From: Eledone cirrhosa
Taxonomy: Eukaryota
NCBI GenBank assembly: GCA_964016885.1
Contig: OZ024741.1
Location: 172,112,001 to 172,176,000 of the forward strand
Length of the DNA: 64,000 nucleotides
Direction of reading: 5' to 3'
This document shows positions 1 to 11,399 of this stretch, piece by piece. The translations under genes were made by a program, and so were the position numbers. The notes below the pieces were generated by a model. It worked only from the letters and a program-made list of their open reading frames with translations, ran no database searches and was not told the DNA's origin. Numbering within the stretch: position 1 is the first letter of the stretch; each line of letters begins with the position of its first letter.

Positions 1-1236
1 TGTTCTATCTTAGCATGTTGGTAGAGCACAGATGATTCTTTATTATCTTGGAGGTCTCGCCAGTGTTCATTTATTCGTTCCCCTATACTACGAGCTGTCT
101 CACCTATGTACACTATATTTTTGTTTCTACATTGTCCTTCAGTACATCTTATGCTATACACTACATTTCTAGTTTTACAGTTAATATGGGGGCTTATTTT
201 ACAGGTTATACATTTCTTATCTATACATGAGGGTCTTTGGAACGGGTATGTCTTGCTAATAAGTGTTTTTACGGAGGTACCAGGTCTTTCTACTATCTTA
301 ATATTGAGATTATGTTTATTTAGGGCCTTTCTAAATTTGTAGGCTAGTTCGCCTCTAGGGGTTGTATTGATGAACATTACACTCTGGTATTTATTGCTAT
401 CATACCATGAGTTTATTCTATTGGCCTTGTTCCTAGTTCTTTCTATTCTATTCCAAAATTTGCTCCTATACAAGGGGCAGGTCCCATTTATGTCATTATT
501 TACCATTTTTTCCCATTTGGTTCTGGCTCCTTTATACACTCTGATTCTATCTCTCTGATTGTAGCCAGAGAACTGCATACGGTGGATGAAGTGTTGTATG
601 TGTCTCTCTAGTTCTTCGGGGTTGCACATGCGGGACACATTTCTCATCACCCGTACCAAATCCGCAATCAGTATGTTGATTTTGGTATGGTCCGAAATGG
701 CCGAGTTTCGGTGGATCAGATGTCTGGAAGTCATGGGTTTGGCATAATGGGAATGGAGGATTTGTTTTTGGTTGTTAATGGTATCTAACCAGAGCTCTGT
801 GTCTAGTACAGGTAATCGATGGTTGGGGTGTCTACTTGGGTAGTCTATAGTAACTCTAATGCTCTGGTGGATGGAGTTTGCTATTTGCTGGATGCTTTCC
901 ATTGTGTTTTACTCTAGTTCCTGACTGTTCTTTAGTGGGGGTGTCTTAACTACGATGTTTATATCATCTACGTAGCGGGAGTACATTATCAGGGTTAAGC
1001 TGTCTTCTAATTGTTCATTAAGTTTTTGTTTAAGTCTACTGTCCCACCATACCATGAATAAGTTAGTTATGTCGCCTGCAATGCTAACACCAATGGCTGC
1101 TCCTTCCTCTTGTGCATATGTTTTACCATTAAATTTGAACATATGTTCCTTAAGGGTTAATTTTATGCTGGCCCCTACCGCATGTGCAATCATTTTCTTC
1201 AGTTCATCGTGGTTTTCGGGTGTCCGTATGGCTCTG
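1..1236 (-). mobile_element. Penelope-like retroelement (RT, Cys-rich linker, GIY-YIG endonuclease), 5'-truncated, runs off the left edge; one in-frame stop at 909-911
   Basis: Minus-strand translation gives QEEGAAIG and YSRYVDD (RT). After the stop the frame stays open through CIDKKCITC and RNVVYSIRC...VYIGETARSIGERINEH (GIY-YIG). Close paralogue at 23745-25470. Confidence 0.93.
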
Positions 1237-1404
1237 AAAGATAGTATTTAATTACTATCTTATTACCAGGAAGATAAATAGCTCAATGTAATAACATCGG
1301 TTGTTAATGATTTAAACTGAACTTTGATTATTGTAATCTCTCTCTCTCTCTATATATATATGTATATATGTATGTATATGTATATATATATATATGTATT
1401 TATG

Positions 1405-1434
<30 letters not shown>

Positions 1435-1435
<1 letters not shown>

Positions 1436-1821
1436 GTCAAGGCAGAATTCTAGGAGAAGGAAAACTCTGATATAACACCTGCAACCCTGATGATATCCAA
1501 TGATGTTGACTTGTTCGTCTTTTTGGTAAATATCATCTTGGTTAAGAGAGTGGGACTGGCTTTGTGCCATGCCTTTACTCACTATAAAAGCCTCGCGGCA
1601 CAGGCATTGCTTTATACCTGGAGATCTCTCTGCTCTTGTCGTCACATGGTACCATGGGCCTAGCACTATGTGTCAATAATTGTTACAAGTGTAGTGTTTG
1701 TACCAGAGTTTTCAAGTTGCTGGCTGGACTAAAAAGTCACACTCGTTCAGCGCATCGGTAGGGGTTCTCCTACATGGATATAAAGTAGTGGCCGTACTCG
1801 AAAACGAGTTGGCAGCCACCA
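1435..1821 (+). mobile_element. 5'-truncated copy of a non-autonomous RTE-derived (bipartite) SINE
   Basis: Near-identical to 2663-3045 and 14514-14997. 3' part carries a C2H2 remnant (CSVC..FQVAGLKSH-like) and ends in a TATG/TA tail. Confidence 0.8.
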
Positions 1822-1827
1822 TATATG

Positions 1828-1890
<63 letters not shown>

Positions 1891-1892
<2 letters not shown>

Positions 1893-2400
1893 CAGTCTCT
1901 CTCTCTCTGTTAGCCTCTTCCTCACCTTTCACTCACTCACTCTCTGTCACTACCTCTCCTCCTCCCCTTTCTTCCCGTTTGACCTGTCCGTAATCCTTTT
2001 CTCGCGGCACTTGGCCAAGCCGGTATGAATTATTTTTCTCTCTCTCTCGTCTGCGACTTCACAGAACTTATGTTTACCGAATTCGCAGACCAGACCCCTT
2101 CTTCCTCCCGTTAGACCTGTGCGAAATTCCTTCCTTGCTCACATTTCAACCAGGTTTGATGGTCTTTATTCTCTCGTTCACGATTCCACCGAATTTATAT
2201 TCATAGAAATCTGGGACTTGTTTCTTCTTCATCACTTTCTGTTTCTTAAACCATTTTGTTTGTTTACCCTAGCGTCCCCCTTATTTACGTGTCCCAACGA
2301 CTTTTTTTAGCCGTTGCTCGCACCAACCTGAGGTATATGCACTTAATGCGACGAAATGCCTACGACGGTTGGAAGGCCACTGATGAGGACAAACTTTTTC
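1891..2400 (+). repeat. Non-coding interspersed repeat between (TA)n tracts (family B)
   Basis: 2175-2400 matches 28161-28390. The terminal motif GGTTGGAAG..ACTGATGA.GGAC recurs at 52049-52074. Confidence 0.75.
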
Positions 2401-2440
2401 ATATATATATATATATATATGTATGTATATATGTATGTAT

Positions 2441-3045
2441 GTAATGTCACCAGTTGGTGCTACTGGTAACATGTATTCCAATACAACCTGTCCCATGGTC
2501 GGGTCGTTGGCGACTAAACTGGCAACCCCACCAAGGTTTCTTGGTGAGGAGGGTGACTTTGGAAATCCTGTAGGACTAAAAACAAAGCGTGTTAAAGGGC
2601 AAAGGAGCTCTTAAGAGTCAATGGCCATCCAAAATCACCGGGAGAGATAACCCCTTAGCCTTTGTCAAGGCAGAATTCTAGGAGAAGGAAAACTCTGATA
2701 TAACACCTGCAACTCTGATGGTATTCAATGATGTTGACTTGTTCTTCTTTTTGGTAAATATCATCTTGGTTAAGAGAGTGGGACTGGTTTTGTGCAGTGC
2801 CTTTGCTCACTATAAAAGCTTCACGGCACAGGCATTGCTTTATATCTGGAGATCTGCACTTGTCGTAACATGGTACCATGGGCCCAGCACTATGTGTCAA
2901 TAATTGTCACAAGTGTAGTGTTTGTGCCAGAGTTTTCAAGTCGGTGGCTGGACTAAAAAGTCACACTCGTTCAGCGCATCGGTAAGGGTTCTCCTACATG
3001 GATATAAAGTAGTGGCCGTACTCGAAAACGAGTTGGCAGCCGCCA
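2441..3045 (+). mobile_element. Longest copy (about 600 bp) of the RTE-derived bipartite SINE
   Basis: RTE 5'UTR-like segment (GGAGAAGGAAAACTCTGATATAAC) joined to an RTE-like 3' end encoding CHKCSVCARVFKSVAGLKSHTRSAHR*, followed by a (TGTA)n tail. Three copies in the window. Confidence 0.75.
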
Positions 3046-3576
3046 TGTATGTATGTATGTATGTATGTATGTATGTATGTATGTATGTATGTATGTATGT
3101 ATGTATGAATGTATGTACGTATGTATGTATGTACGTATGTACGTATCTCTGTACGTATGTACGTACATATGTATGTATGTATGCATTTATGAATGTATGT
3201 ACGTATGTATCTATGTACGTATGTATGTACGTATGTATGTACGTATGTACGTATGTACGTACATATGTATGTATGCATTTATGAATGCATGTACGTATGC
3301 ATGTATGTATGTACGTATGTTCGTATGTATGTACGTATGTACGTACATATGTATGTATGTATGTATGTATGTATGCATTTATGAATGTATGTACGTATGT
3401 TATGTACGTATGTACGTATGTATGTACGTATGTGCGTATGTATGTACGTATGTACGTATGTACTTACATATGTATGTATGCATTTATGGATGTATGTACG
3501 TATGCATGTATGTACGTATGTACGTACATATGTATGTATGTATGCATTTATGAATGTATGTACGTATGTATATGTA
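3046..3576. repeat. (TATG/TACG)n tetranucleotide array grown from the SINE tail
   Basis: About 530 bp of TAYG units with recurring GCATTTATGAAT variants, directly abutting the SINE 3' end. Confidence 0.95.
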
Positions 3577-4127
3577 CACTACACACAAATGATATATATA
3601 CATATTATATTCAATCATACCCGTACTTGTGTTTCATTTTCCAGTCTAACATTTCAATTCACTTTTTTCTTTCTCCTTTCACTTTCTCACACAACGTGTC
3701 AAAATTCTTAGCGTCACCTCGCCCCCACACAATATTTCCCACATTCTCTGTTGTCACTATATATATCTACAATCTTATAGATTCCCAAGGCAATATTCAA
3801 TTTCATCGTGATCTTTTTTTTCTTGTATCTTTACCTTCGCTTTTCTTTTTCGGAAGACTGATAAACTCTGCCTGTATTAGCCGACTAATTGAAAATATAT
3901 GCTGAAATTCCATACAGAATTATTAGACGATATGGCTTAACCCTTAAATATATATATACATGTATATCTATATATAAACATATTCTCACAGATGTTCACA
4001 CATTCGCATTCACACGCGCAAATACACACACACACGCACCCACACTCTCATACACCCACACACACACACACATATATATATAAACATATGTATATATCTA
4101 TATGCATCCATATATATATGCCTCTCA

Positions 4128-4186
<59 letters not shown>

Positions 4187-4208
4187 TCTCTCTCTCTCTC
4201 ACTCTCTC

Positions 4209-4266
<58 letters not shown>

Positions 4267-4293
4267 TATATATGTGTATATATATATATATAA

Positions 4294-4361
<68 letters not shown>

Positions 4362-4443
4362 GTTATTCCGGGTTGAATCGGAGGTAACCACAGTAAGTAA
4401 GGTACTCAATACATAGCAGAGTATAACAGTTTTAATATAGATG

Positions 4444-4494
4444 AGATTCTACAGGACTAGAACTGTTTCATTCATTTGAAATCATCAGGAATCT
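4444..4494 (-). ncRNA. Type I hammerhead ribozyme
   Basis: Reverse complement of the motif at 5085-5135. Confidence 0.85.
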
Positions 4495-5084
4495 GGGTAT
4501 CAAAAAATAAATATGGTATTTATAGGTCTCTACAAGTGGTAGGAGAGGGTGGGGAGTGGGATGGGTGCAGGTCATTGGTTGATAGAAAAGGGAATTCATT
4601 AAAAGCTAATTCTACAAAGCTATAGTTTATTTTTATTTTTATTTTTATTTATTTATGTTTTTAGAGTAACAAGGGCAGACAGAATTCTATAAACAGGTTC
4701 CGGATGGCCTACCATTCCTTGTCAATAAGTTTCTCTTAAGCTAACAGATGTCTATAAAATAAGTGGGGGGGTCAGTCATAGTCGATAGAATTAAAGAAAA
4801 GGGAGATTCTTTAAAAGCTAAAGTCATTAAGGTTCTACTAAGTGACAAAGGTCTAGAGAATTCTGCAGACAGATTCAAAATACTGAGTGCATATCTTACT
4901 ATTATCTTGTTACTCTAAAAACATAAATAAATAAAAATAAAAATAAAAATAAACTATAGCTTTGTAGAATTAGCTTTTAATGAATTCCCTTTTATATCAA
5001 CCAATGACCTGCACCCATCCCACTCCCCACCCTCTCCTACCACTTGTAGAGACCTATAAATACCATATTTATTTTTTGATACCC

Positions 5085-5135
5085 AGATTCCTGATGATTT
5101 CAAATGAATGAAACAGTTCTAGTCCTGTAGAATCT
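5085..5135 (+). ncRNA. Type I hammerhead ribozyme
   Basis: AGATTC-CTGATGA-tttcaaatgaat-GAAA-CAG ttctagtc CTG-TA-GAATCT: 6-bp stem I, GUA cleavage triplet. Confidence 0.88.
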
Positions 5136-5147
5136 CATCTATATTAA

Positions 5148-5219
<72 letters not shown>

Positions 5220-5251
5220 TACGTATACATATATATATACTTACTTAAATG

Positions 5252-5707
5252 TAAGTATGTATGTATACGTACATACATATATGTATACAGATGTACAGTA
5301 GCATGCATATATATATACATATATACATATACATACAGGTACACATATATATATATGTACGTATCAGTTTAGCGAACGTTTATTATAACGCCCGCTTTGT
5401 CCGTTTGTAAACAAGCGAACAGCCTGATTTATGCCATACGGTGTTAAGGCAACCACGTCACCTTTTTGTTCAACACTGACACAGGAACGATGTACTAGTT
5501 TCAAGCCTTAACACCGTATGGCATAAATCAGGCTGTTCGCTTGTTTACAAACGGACAAAGCGGGCGTTATAATAAACGTTCGCTAAACTGATACGTACAT
5601 ATATATATGTGTACCTGTATGTATATGTATATATGTATATATATATATATATGCATGCTACTGTACGTCTGTATACATATATGTATGTACGTATACATAC
5701 ATACTTA
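5252..5707. repeat. Near-perfect long palindrome (arms 5252-5450 and 5505-5707)
   Basis: Arms are reverse complements, including the TA/TG-rich outer parts; 54-nt loop. Confidence 0.92.
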
Positions 5708-5756
5708 TATATATATATATATTTATATATATATAAATAAAAATAGAGAAATTAAT

Positions 5757-5943
5757 TGTTTCTACTTTTTGGCACAAGGCCAGCAAATACCCAGTACATT
5801 ACTGGTACTTCATTTTATCGACTCCGTAAGGATGAAAGGCAAAGTTAACCTCGGCGGGATTTGAACTCAGATCATAAAGGGACATAACTATGCTAGAAAG
5901 CATAGCGTCTGACCCTCTACCGATACTGCCAATTCACCACCCC
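5757..5943 (-). mobile_element. tRNA-derived SINE with 17-bp target-site duplication
   Basis: A box TGGCAGTATCGG, B box GAGTTCAAATCC, core TTTGCCTTTCATCCTTACGG.GTCGATAAAAT; AAAATAGAGAAATTAAT at 5740-5756 and 6023-6039. Confidence 0.9.
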
Positions 5944-6228
5944 TTAGCTCGAGAGAGCCGGATTCGGCGTTCAATGGATCACCAGCGAGCTATGTCCACA
6001 GATAGTATGGATCACTAGTATGAAAATAGAGAAATTAATGTGAGCAAGAAGCCAACAGTATTTCATTATATATAAGTGACTATAACGTCAAGATGGAAAA
6101 TATTTAACGTAAGATGTGGGAAAATAATTCAAACTCAATGTGAAATCCAGGGAAAAAACCAATAGTGTCTTAACTCAGAATAAAATTAAGGTTAAATACT
6201 TATCCTTCAATTTGGAAAAACTACAAAT

Positions 6229-6309
6229 GCTCTATATAGACTTAAACAGACTATTTCACGAAACTTTTCAGTGTGGTTAGTTAAGTTTGGAGGCGTTCAT
6301 CAGTAGAGC
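6229..6309 (-). ncRNA. Type I hammerhead ribozyme
   Basis: Minus strand: GCTCTA-CTGATGA-ACG...CGT-GAAA-TAG...CTA-TA-TAGAGC. Confidence 0.85.
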
Positions 6310-6706
6310 CAAACACGCTAACCAAATCACTGCTAAAATATGCCAGAAAGGGAATTTAAAAGCAGGCTAGTACACCTCGTGTGGAATTATGAAAATAAAC
6401 ACACATGGAGAACAGGGCTAATGACGTCAGAATGAGACGAATGTCTGTTTATAAGAAACAGCAGTCAAAACATTCCGAAAAAAAATCAACAAAAGGTATG
6501 GAGTTCAGCATATAGCAATATTATCGCGTTTTTTTTTTAAACGACCGGGATTAGTCACAAATAATTTTAAGCACTCTAGGAAAATTCCGAGTATAAATAT
6601 AAATGAAAATAGAAAAATTAATGTGAGCAAGAAGCCAACGGTAATTCATAATATATAAGTGACTATAACGTCTAGATGGAAAATATTTAACGTAATATAC
6701 ATATAT

Positions 6707-6805
<99 letters not shown>

Positions 6806-7198
6806 AGACAGAGAGAGAGAGAGAGAGAGAGTGAGAGAATTCGGTAGTTGCATGACGAGACAGACAACTCAAGTATGAATATTGTTGGGTGGGGGAGGGG
6901 GTGGATACCATTTGAAGAACGTTCACTTGCGATTATACAGTATGGAGTAAACTTCTGGTTATCAAGGCCAGGTTGATTGTTTTCTAATTCTTTGTCCGTT
7001 TGTATCCTGAAACCCCACACCACCTTCACTCGGTCGTTTTCTATTATCGACTCTGGATTATACTCATACTATTTCTCAGAATGAGGTAACTTGTTCAGTT
7101 TGCATAAATGCCAGCGAATCACGTTTTCCATGATATGTCTCCATCCTTTACAGTGAGTTTGGGCTAGGTGAATACACTCGGACACGATGTGAGCCACA

Positions 7199-7230
<32 letters not shown>

Positions 7231-8617
7231 CACAGACCCTACAGAGTGGGCTGGCCTCTTCCTTGTCAATGTGATGTGTTGATCCACCTCGTTCTAAGGG
7301 CTTGCTCCTGCGCAGCCAGAATCATTCCCGCTGTGACTTGCTTTTGTTCCCATTTCTTTAACGAGTTCCATGTCTGTGGATCTCTGAATCCTGTCTTCCC
7401 ATTCAGGTTGCTTTTCCTCTTTGTTGTTACTTCTTTCTTGGATATGCCCTGGTCTATTGTTTCTTCCTTCACTACAGCCTTAAGCATTGGCTCGTTACTC
7501 TCAGAGATATTTATGCAGATAGCTCTTCTCCACCTGAAGACAATCCCCTACGCTAATTTGACCTCTTTAACCTTCAGATCTACTTATACATAGTCTATGA
7601 ACATCACCCTTCTTATGAAACATATTGCAGGTGGTAATTAATTTCCATTTCTTTCTATCCAGTTCTTTTTGCTCGCTTGCGTTCCATTTAAGAATTCCTG
7701 CACTGTACGTAATAATAAACACTGCTCTGGAATTTACTGCATTTATGGTATTTCTACTATTTAGCTGAGTTTTTATTCCTTACTCTCCTTATCTATTCAG
7801 GTTTTATCATCTCATCCATTTTCTTTTTGTCCTTTATGTAATACCCAAATACCTATATCCCTCTTCGATGTCAATCTCAACGGTTTATCATCTCAACGGT
7901 CGGTACCTCGATTCCTTTTGTTCTCCTCAATTTACTTCCCTTCAGCTCTAAGACACTACACTTATCAACACCAAATTCCATGCATATATCATTGCTGAAA
8001 ATACAGACAGTATCAACAAGTACATTCAGCTCCTCTTCGATCTTTCCGAAGAGATATAGGTCGTCCATGAAGTGGAATTGGTTGATGGTAAGCTCTCCTC
8101 TTCCTGGTTCGTATCCTGCATTCAATCTTCGCAATACATGGGACAAGAATATGAAAGTGAGGACAAATAATAAAGGGGAGAGACTATCTCCTTAGAATAT
8201 GCGTCTCTTGATTTTCACTCCTCCCAAGGAACTAACCCCTGATGTTAGCTGTCTCACAGGTCTTCATTCTATTACTGAATAGCAGTCTGATGTTTTTCGC
8301 CACCTTGATTATCCAAGAATGAGGAACCATGACGAATGCTGTCTTGTAATCTACCCATCCCATGTCAAGCAAGACCAGTATGCCTCCTTTTGCAGTTCCT
8401 CATTATCATCTTGTCACTAAATAACTGTTATTTTATCCCACATGACTTCTTTCGGCATCATCTTTGTTCCCCCGGCAGTAGGTTGTTTATGTCAAGGTGG
8501 TGGTAGATTTCTTCAGACACAATGCTTCTTAGTAATTTCCACATCAAGGACAGACAAGTGATAGTCCTGTAGTTGGTAACATCATTTCCCTTGGCTTAGT
8601 CTTTCATTATTAGGATC

Positions 8618-8706
8618 CAAGGTTAACTTTGCCTTTCATCCGTACGGGGTCGATAAAATAAAGTACCAGTAATGCACTGGTGGCCTTGTGCCAAAAGTAG
8701 AAACAA
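8618..8706 (+). mobile_element. 5'-truncated tRNA-SINE
   Basis: SINE core and 3' end; ATTATTAGGATC duplicated on both sides. Confidence 0.85.
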
Positions 8707-8933
8707 TTATTAGGATCGATGTACCTTATGTCAACCACTGCGGTACTTCACCCGACCCCAAACAGTCATTGAACATGGCCGTCAGTATCGGGTGGAAAGG
8801 TGTTATATTTTTAGTCTGCCTGGTTTTTAAGGATTTCAACCGAGATACTTAAATCAGGTTGTTGGTGTGCTTGTTCATTGGAAGATAAATGCGTATGTGC
8901 AGATATTCGGTTCAAATGTAGTCAACTGTCGTC

Positions 8934-9021
<88 letters not shown>

Positions 9022-9059
9022 CCTCTGCATGTGTATAAATATATGTGTATGAATGAAGA

Positions 9060-9345
9060 CCCACTTTAACAAATGTATGTTCATATTACATACAGGAATT
9101 GCAAACACAAGGTTCTAAAGACCTTCGCTAAGTACAAACCACTCCCTTCCTACGGACAACTGACTCTGCACACTAGGTCCGAACACGGAAGAGCCGAACT
9201 CCCACTGTTATCGTCTCCAATTCTCTCGCCCTCCCCATATCTCTGTATTATGAGCAAATGGGGTCCCACGTGCTGGCCGCCCTACGGTCCCGGCGGAAAA
9301 TGGAGAAGGCGTTTCCCCGGAGGATGGAAATTATTAACCTCCGTT
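9060..9345 (-). mobile_element. Possible 3' fragment of a CRE-clade non-LTR element
   Basis: RRLIISILRGNA followed by a stop resembles the C-terminal R.S..IQRGNA motif of CRE-type RLE elements. Confidence 0.35.
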
Positions 9346-10353
9346 TTAACAGTCTCAATACACTCTGCCCGACTATTATGCTTAACATCTTGCTCCCATA
9401 TTCCACCCCAAAATCTGCTGGTTCGTTCAGCCTCAGGAATAGCATCGTTGTTTTTCTTTTCCCTTCAAGCTTTTAAAATAAAATCTTCTGGTTGTTGTCG
9501 AACATGCGGTTTTGTCTATACTGGCTAACTCTGCTCTCATATCTTTTAATTTTGCACTTTTGGCTATGGCTCATTGCTTTAATTCCTCTATTATAATATT
9601 TAACCGTTTTCCCTTTGTATGAAATTTCCTTGTCAATCTATCCTTATTATCTATGTTTCGTAATATCCCATTTAATCAAGATTCAAATTTCTCGATGTCC
9701 TTTCTTATTTCCTTGATTTGACCATTCAACCACTTCTTCCACCAATGCTATGTCTTTTCTCGTCTGTTTTCTTTTTATACCAAGTGATCTTTTATACATT
9801 TGCGGTTGCTTTGAAGATGTTGTTACATTGTTAAAGATACTTCGTCTCAAGGTAGGGGACGACCCTGTTTATCTTAGCTGTCGTTTCTTTTAACTTTTTT
9901 CTGACTACGTTTTCCTTTATCATTATTCATTTCAACCACCATTAAATTCAGAATATCAACAAAATCTTGCCTTAGCTTGTCAGCGTTCATTTTCTCAGTG
10001 GCCGTATCTTTACTACAGATGATATTTATCTCAACCATTAGAACATTGTCTTCGTCGCTTACTTCCTCTGGTCTTATAACAACTTCACCCTCATTTTTTT
10101 CTGCTGACTCATTTTGCTTTATTCACTTCACTTTCTACAGGCTCATTTGCCTGATCTACTCCCCTTTCTATTTCCATCTTTATCCCTCTACTCAGTTCCT
10201 CCAATTCGAACTCGCTTATCGATTCATTAGTTCTTATTACACGAGCCTGACTCACTAACTTTTGTTCATCTAATTTAAATAAACCAAAATCGTTCCAGAT
10301 TTTATGTATTCGTTTCCTATAGCCCTTTCTTTATTATATTTATTATGACTATG

Positions 10354-10538
10354 GGGAGGTGGATTGGCAGTATCGGTAGAGGGTCGGACGCCATGCTTTG
10401 CAGCACAGTTACGTCCCTTTATGAACTGAGTTCAAATCACGCCGAGGTTAACTTTGCCTTTCATCCTTACGGGGTCGATAAAATAAAGTACCGGTAATAC
10501 ACTGGGATAATTGCTAGCCTTGTGCCAAAAGTAGAACA
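10354..10538 (+). mobile_element. tRNA-derived SINE, full length
   Basis: A and B boxes, conserved core, GCCTTGTGCC..AGTAGAA end, ATT-rich flanks. Confidence 0.9.
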
Positions 10539-11399
10539 AAAAATATTTATTATGATTGTTATTGTTATTGATGTTATTATTGCACTACTATTTTAACTCT
10601 TGAGAATGTACATGTATCCTTTATCTCTCTTTAATTTCCTAGCAACTAGCTATCACCAATAAAATATTTACCCCACACCCTACTTTTCATCGTGTCCAGG
10701 TGTTCCCGTTGGTGTAACCCTTCCTCACAAAATGGCTACAAATATAGTGATCGGCGTACACCTTTTTAATTCCGGACCGAAGTATCCGTAAATTGGATTT
10801 TAGATTATATCACATAGATTCAACGCTGATGAAAAAGTCATAGAGTGCTTGAAATTCCTATAGGATACTTATCCGGGTAAATGTAGGAACCCAGCTCCAC
10901 AGGTTGTTTCGGGTTAGGACTATAACTGCGGGAAGGCAAGTTAGTTTTAACAGGTCCGTATTTTTGTGTACACTCCAATTCGATCCGTAACATAATATAT
11001 CTCTTATTCACTTACTCCACCAGTTAACTTCAGAGACAGTGAACCACGATACAATCATTTAAAATATATTATAGTTTCACATTCGATTTGTTAATTACTC
11101 TTTCAGCAATGCGACACTAAAGCATTTTAGGAGTTTTTGACTAATTTCCTAGTTTAGGGTCATATATTAACACTTAGTTTCCTGATTTCGTGTCCTATAT
11201 CACCCCATTGTTTTGCTTCCTTTGCTTTAATCTGAGCTCGGGTAGATGGGGTGGCTGAGTGAGATGGGGGGTGCAAAGTGACTGTACTACAGGGAGTGAC
11301 GCCAGACTTGACCACTACTACAAGTTGATATACGTGACTAAAATGTCACTCTGAATGTCACCAATAGCTGATGCCATGGGTGGTGGTGGTGATGGTGGG

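Larger units (their letters stand above)
4361..5151. mobile_element. Fold-back hammerhead element (Penelope pLTR-like): arms 4428-4673 and 4906-5151, extra tail 4361-4427
   Basis: 246-bp inverted arms, about 230-bp spacer, (TA)n on both sides, hammerhead in each arm. Confidence 0.9.
5735..6695 (-). mobile_element. Non-coding hammerhead element with about 95-bp terminal direct repeats (retrozyme/pLTR-like), interrupted by a SINE
   Basis: 6020-6112 is repeated at 6602-6695; hammerhead at 6229-6309; (TA)n flanks; same family as 27956-28093. Confidence 0.75.
6845..10345 (-). pseudogene. Degenerate R4/Dong-type RLE LINE remnant, interrupted by microsatellites, a SINE and another fragment
   Basis: Fragments FHFMDDLYLF, ICMEFGVDKC, ILAAQEQAL, VWGFRIQTDK and PEAERTSRFWGGIWEQDVKHN; many stops and frameshifts. 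Confidence 0.8.
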
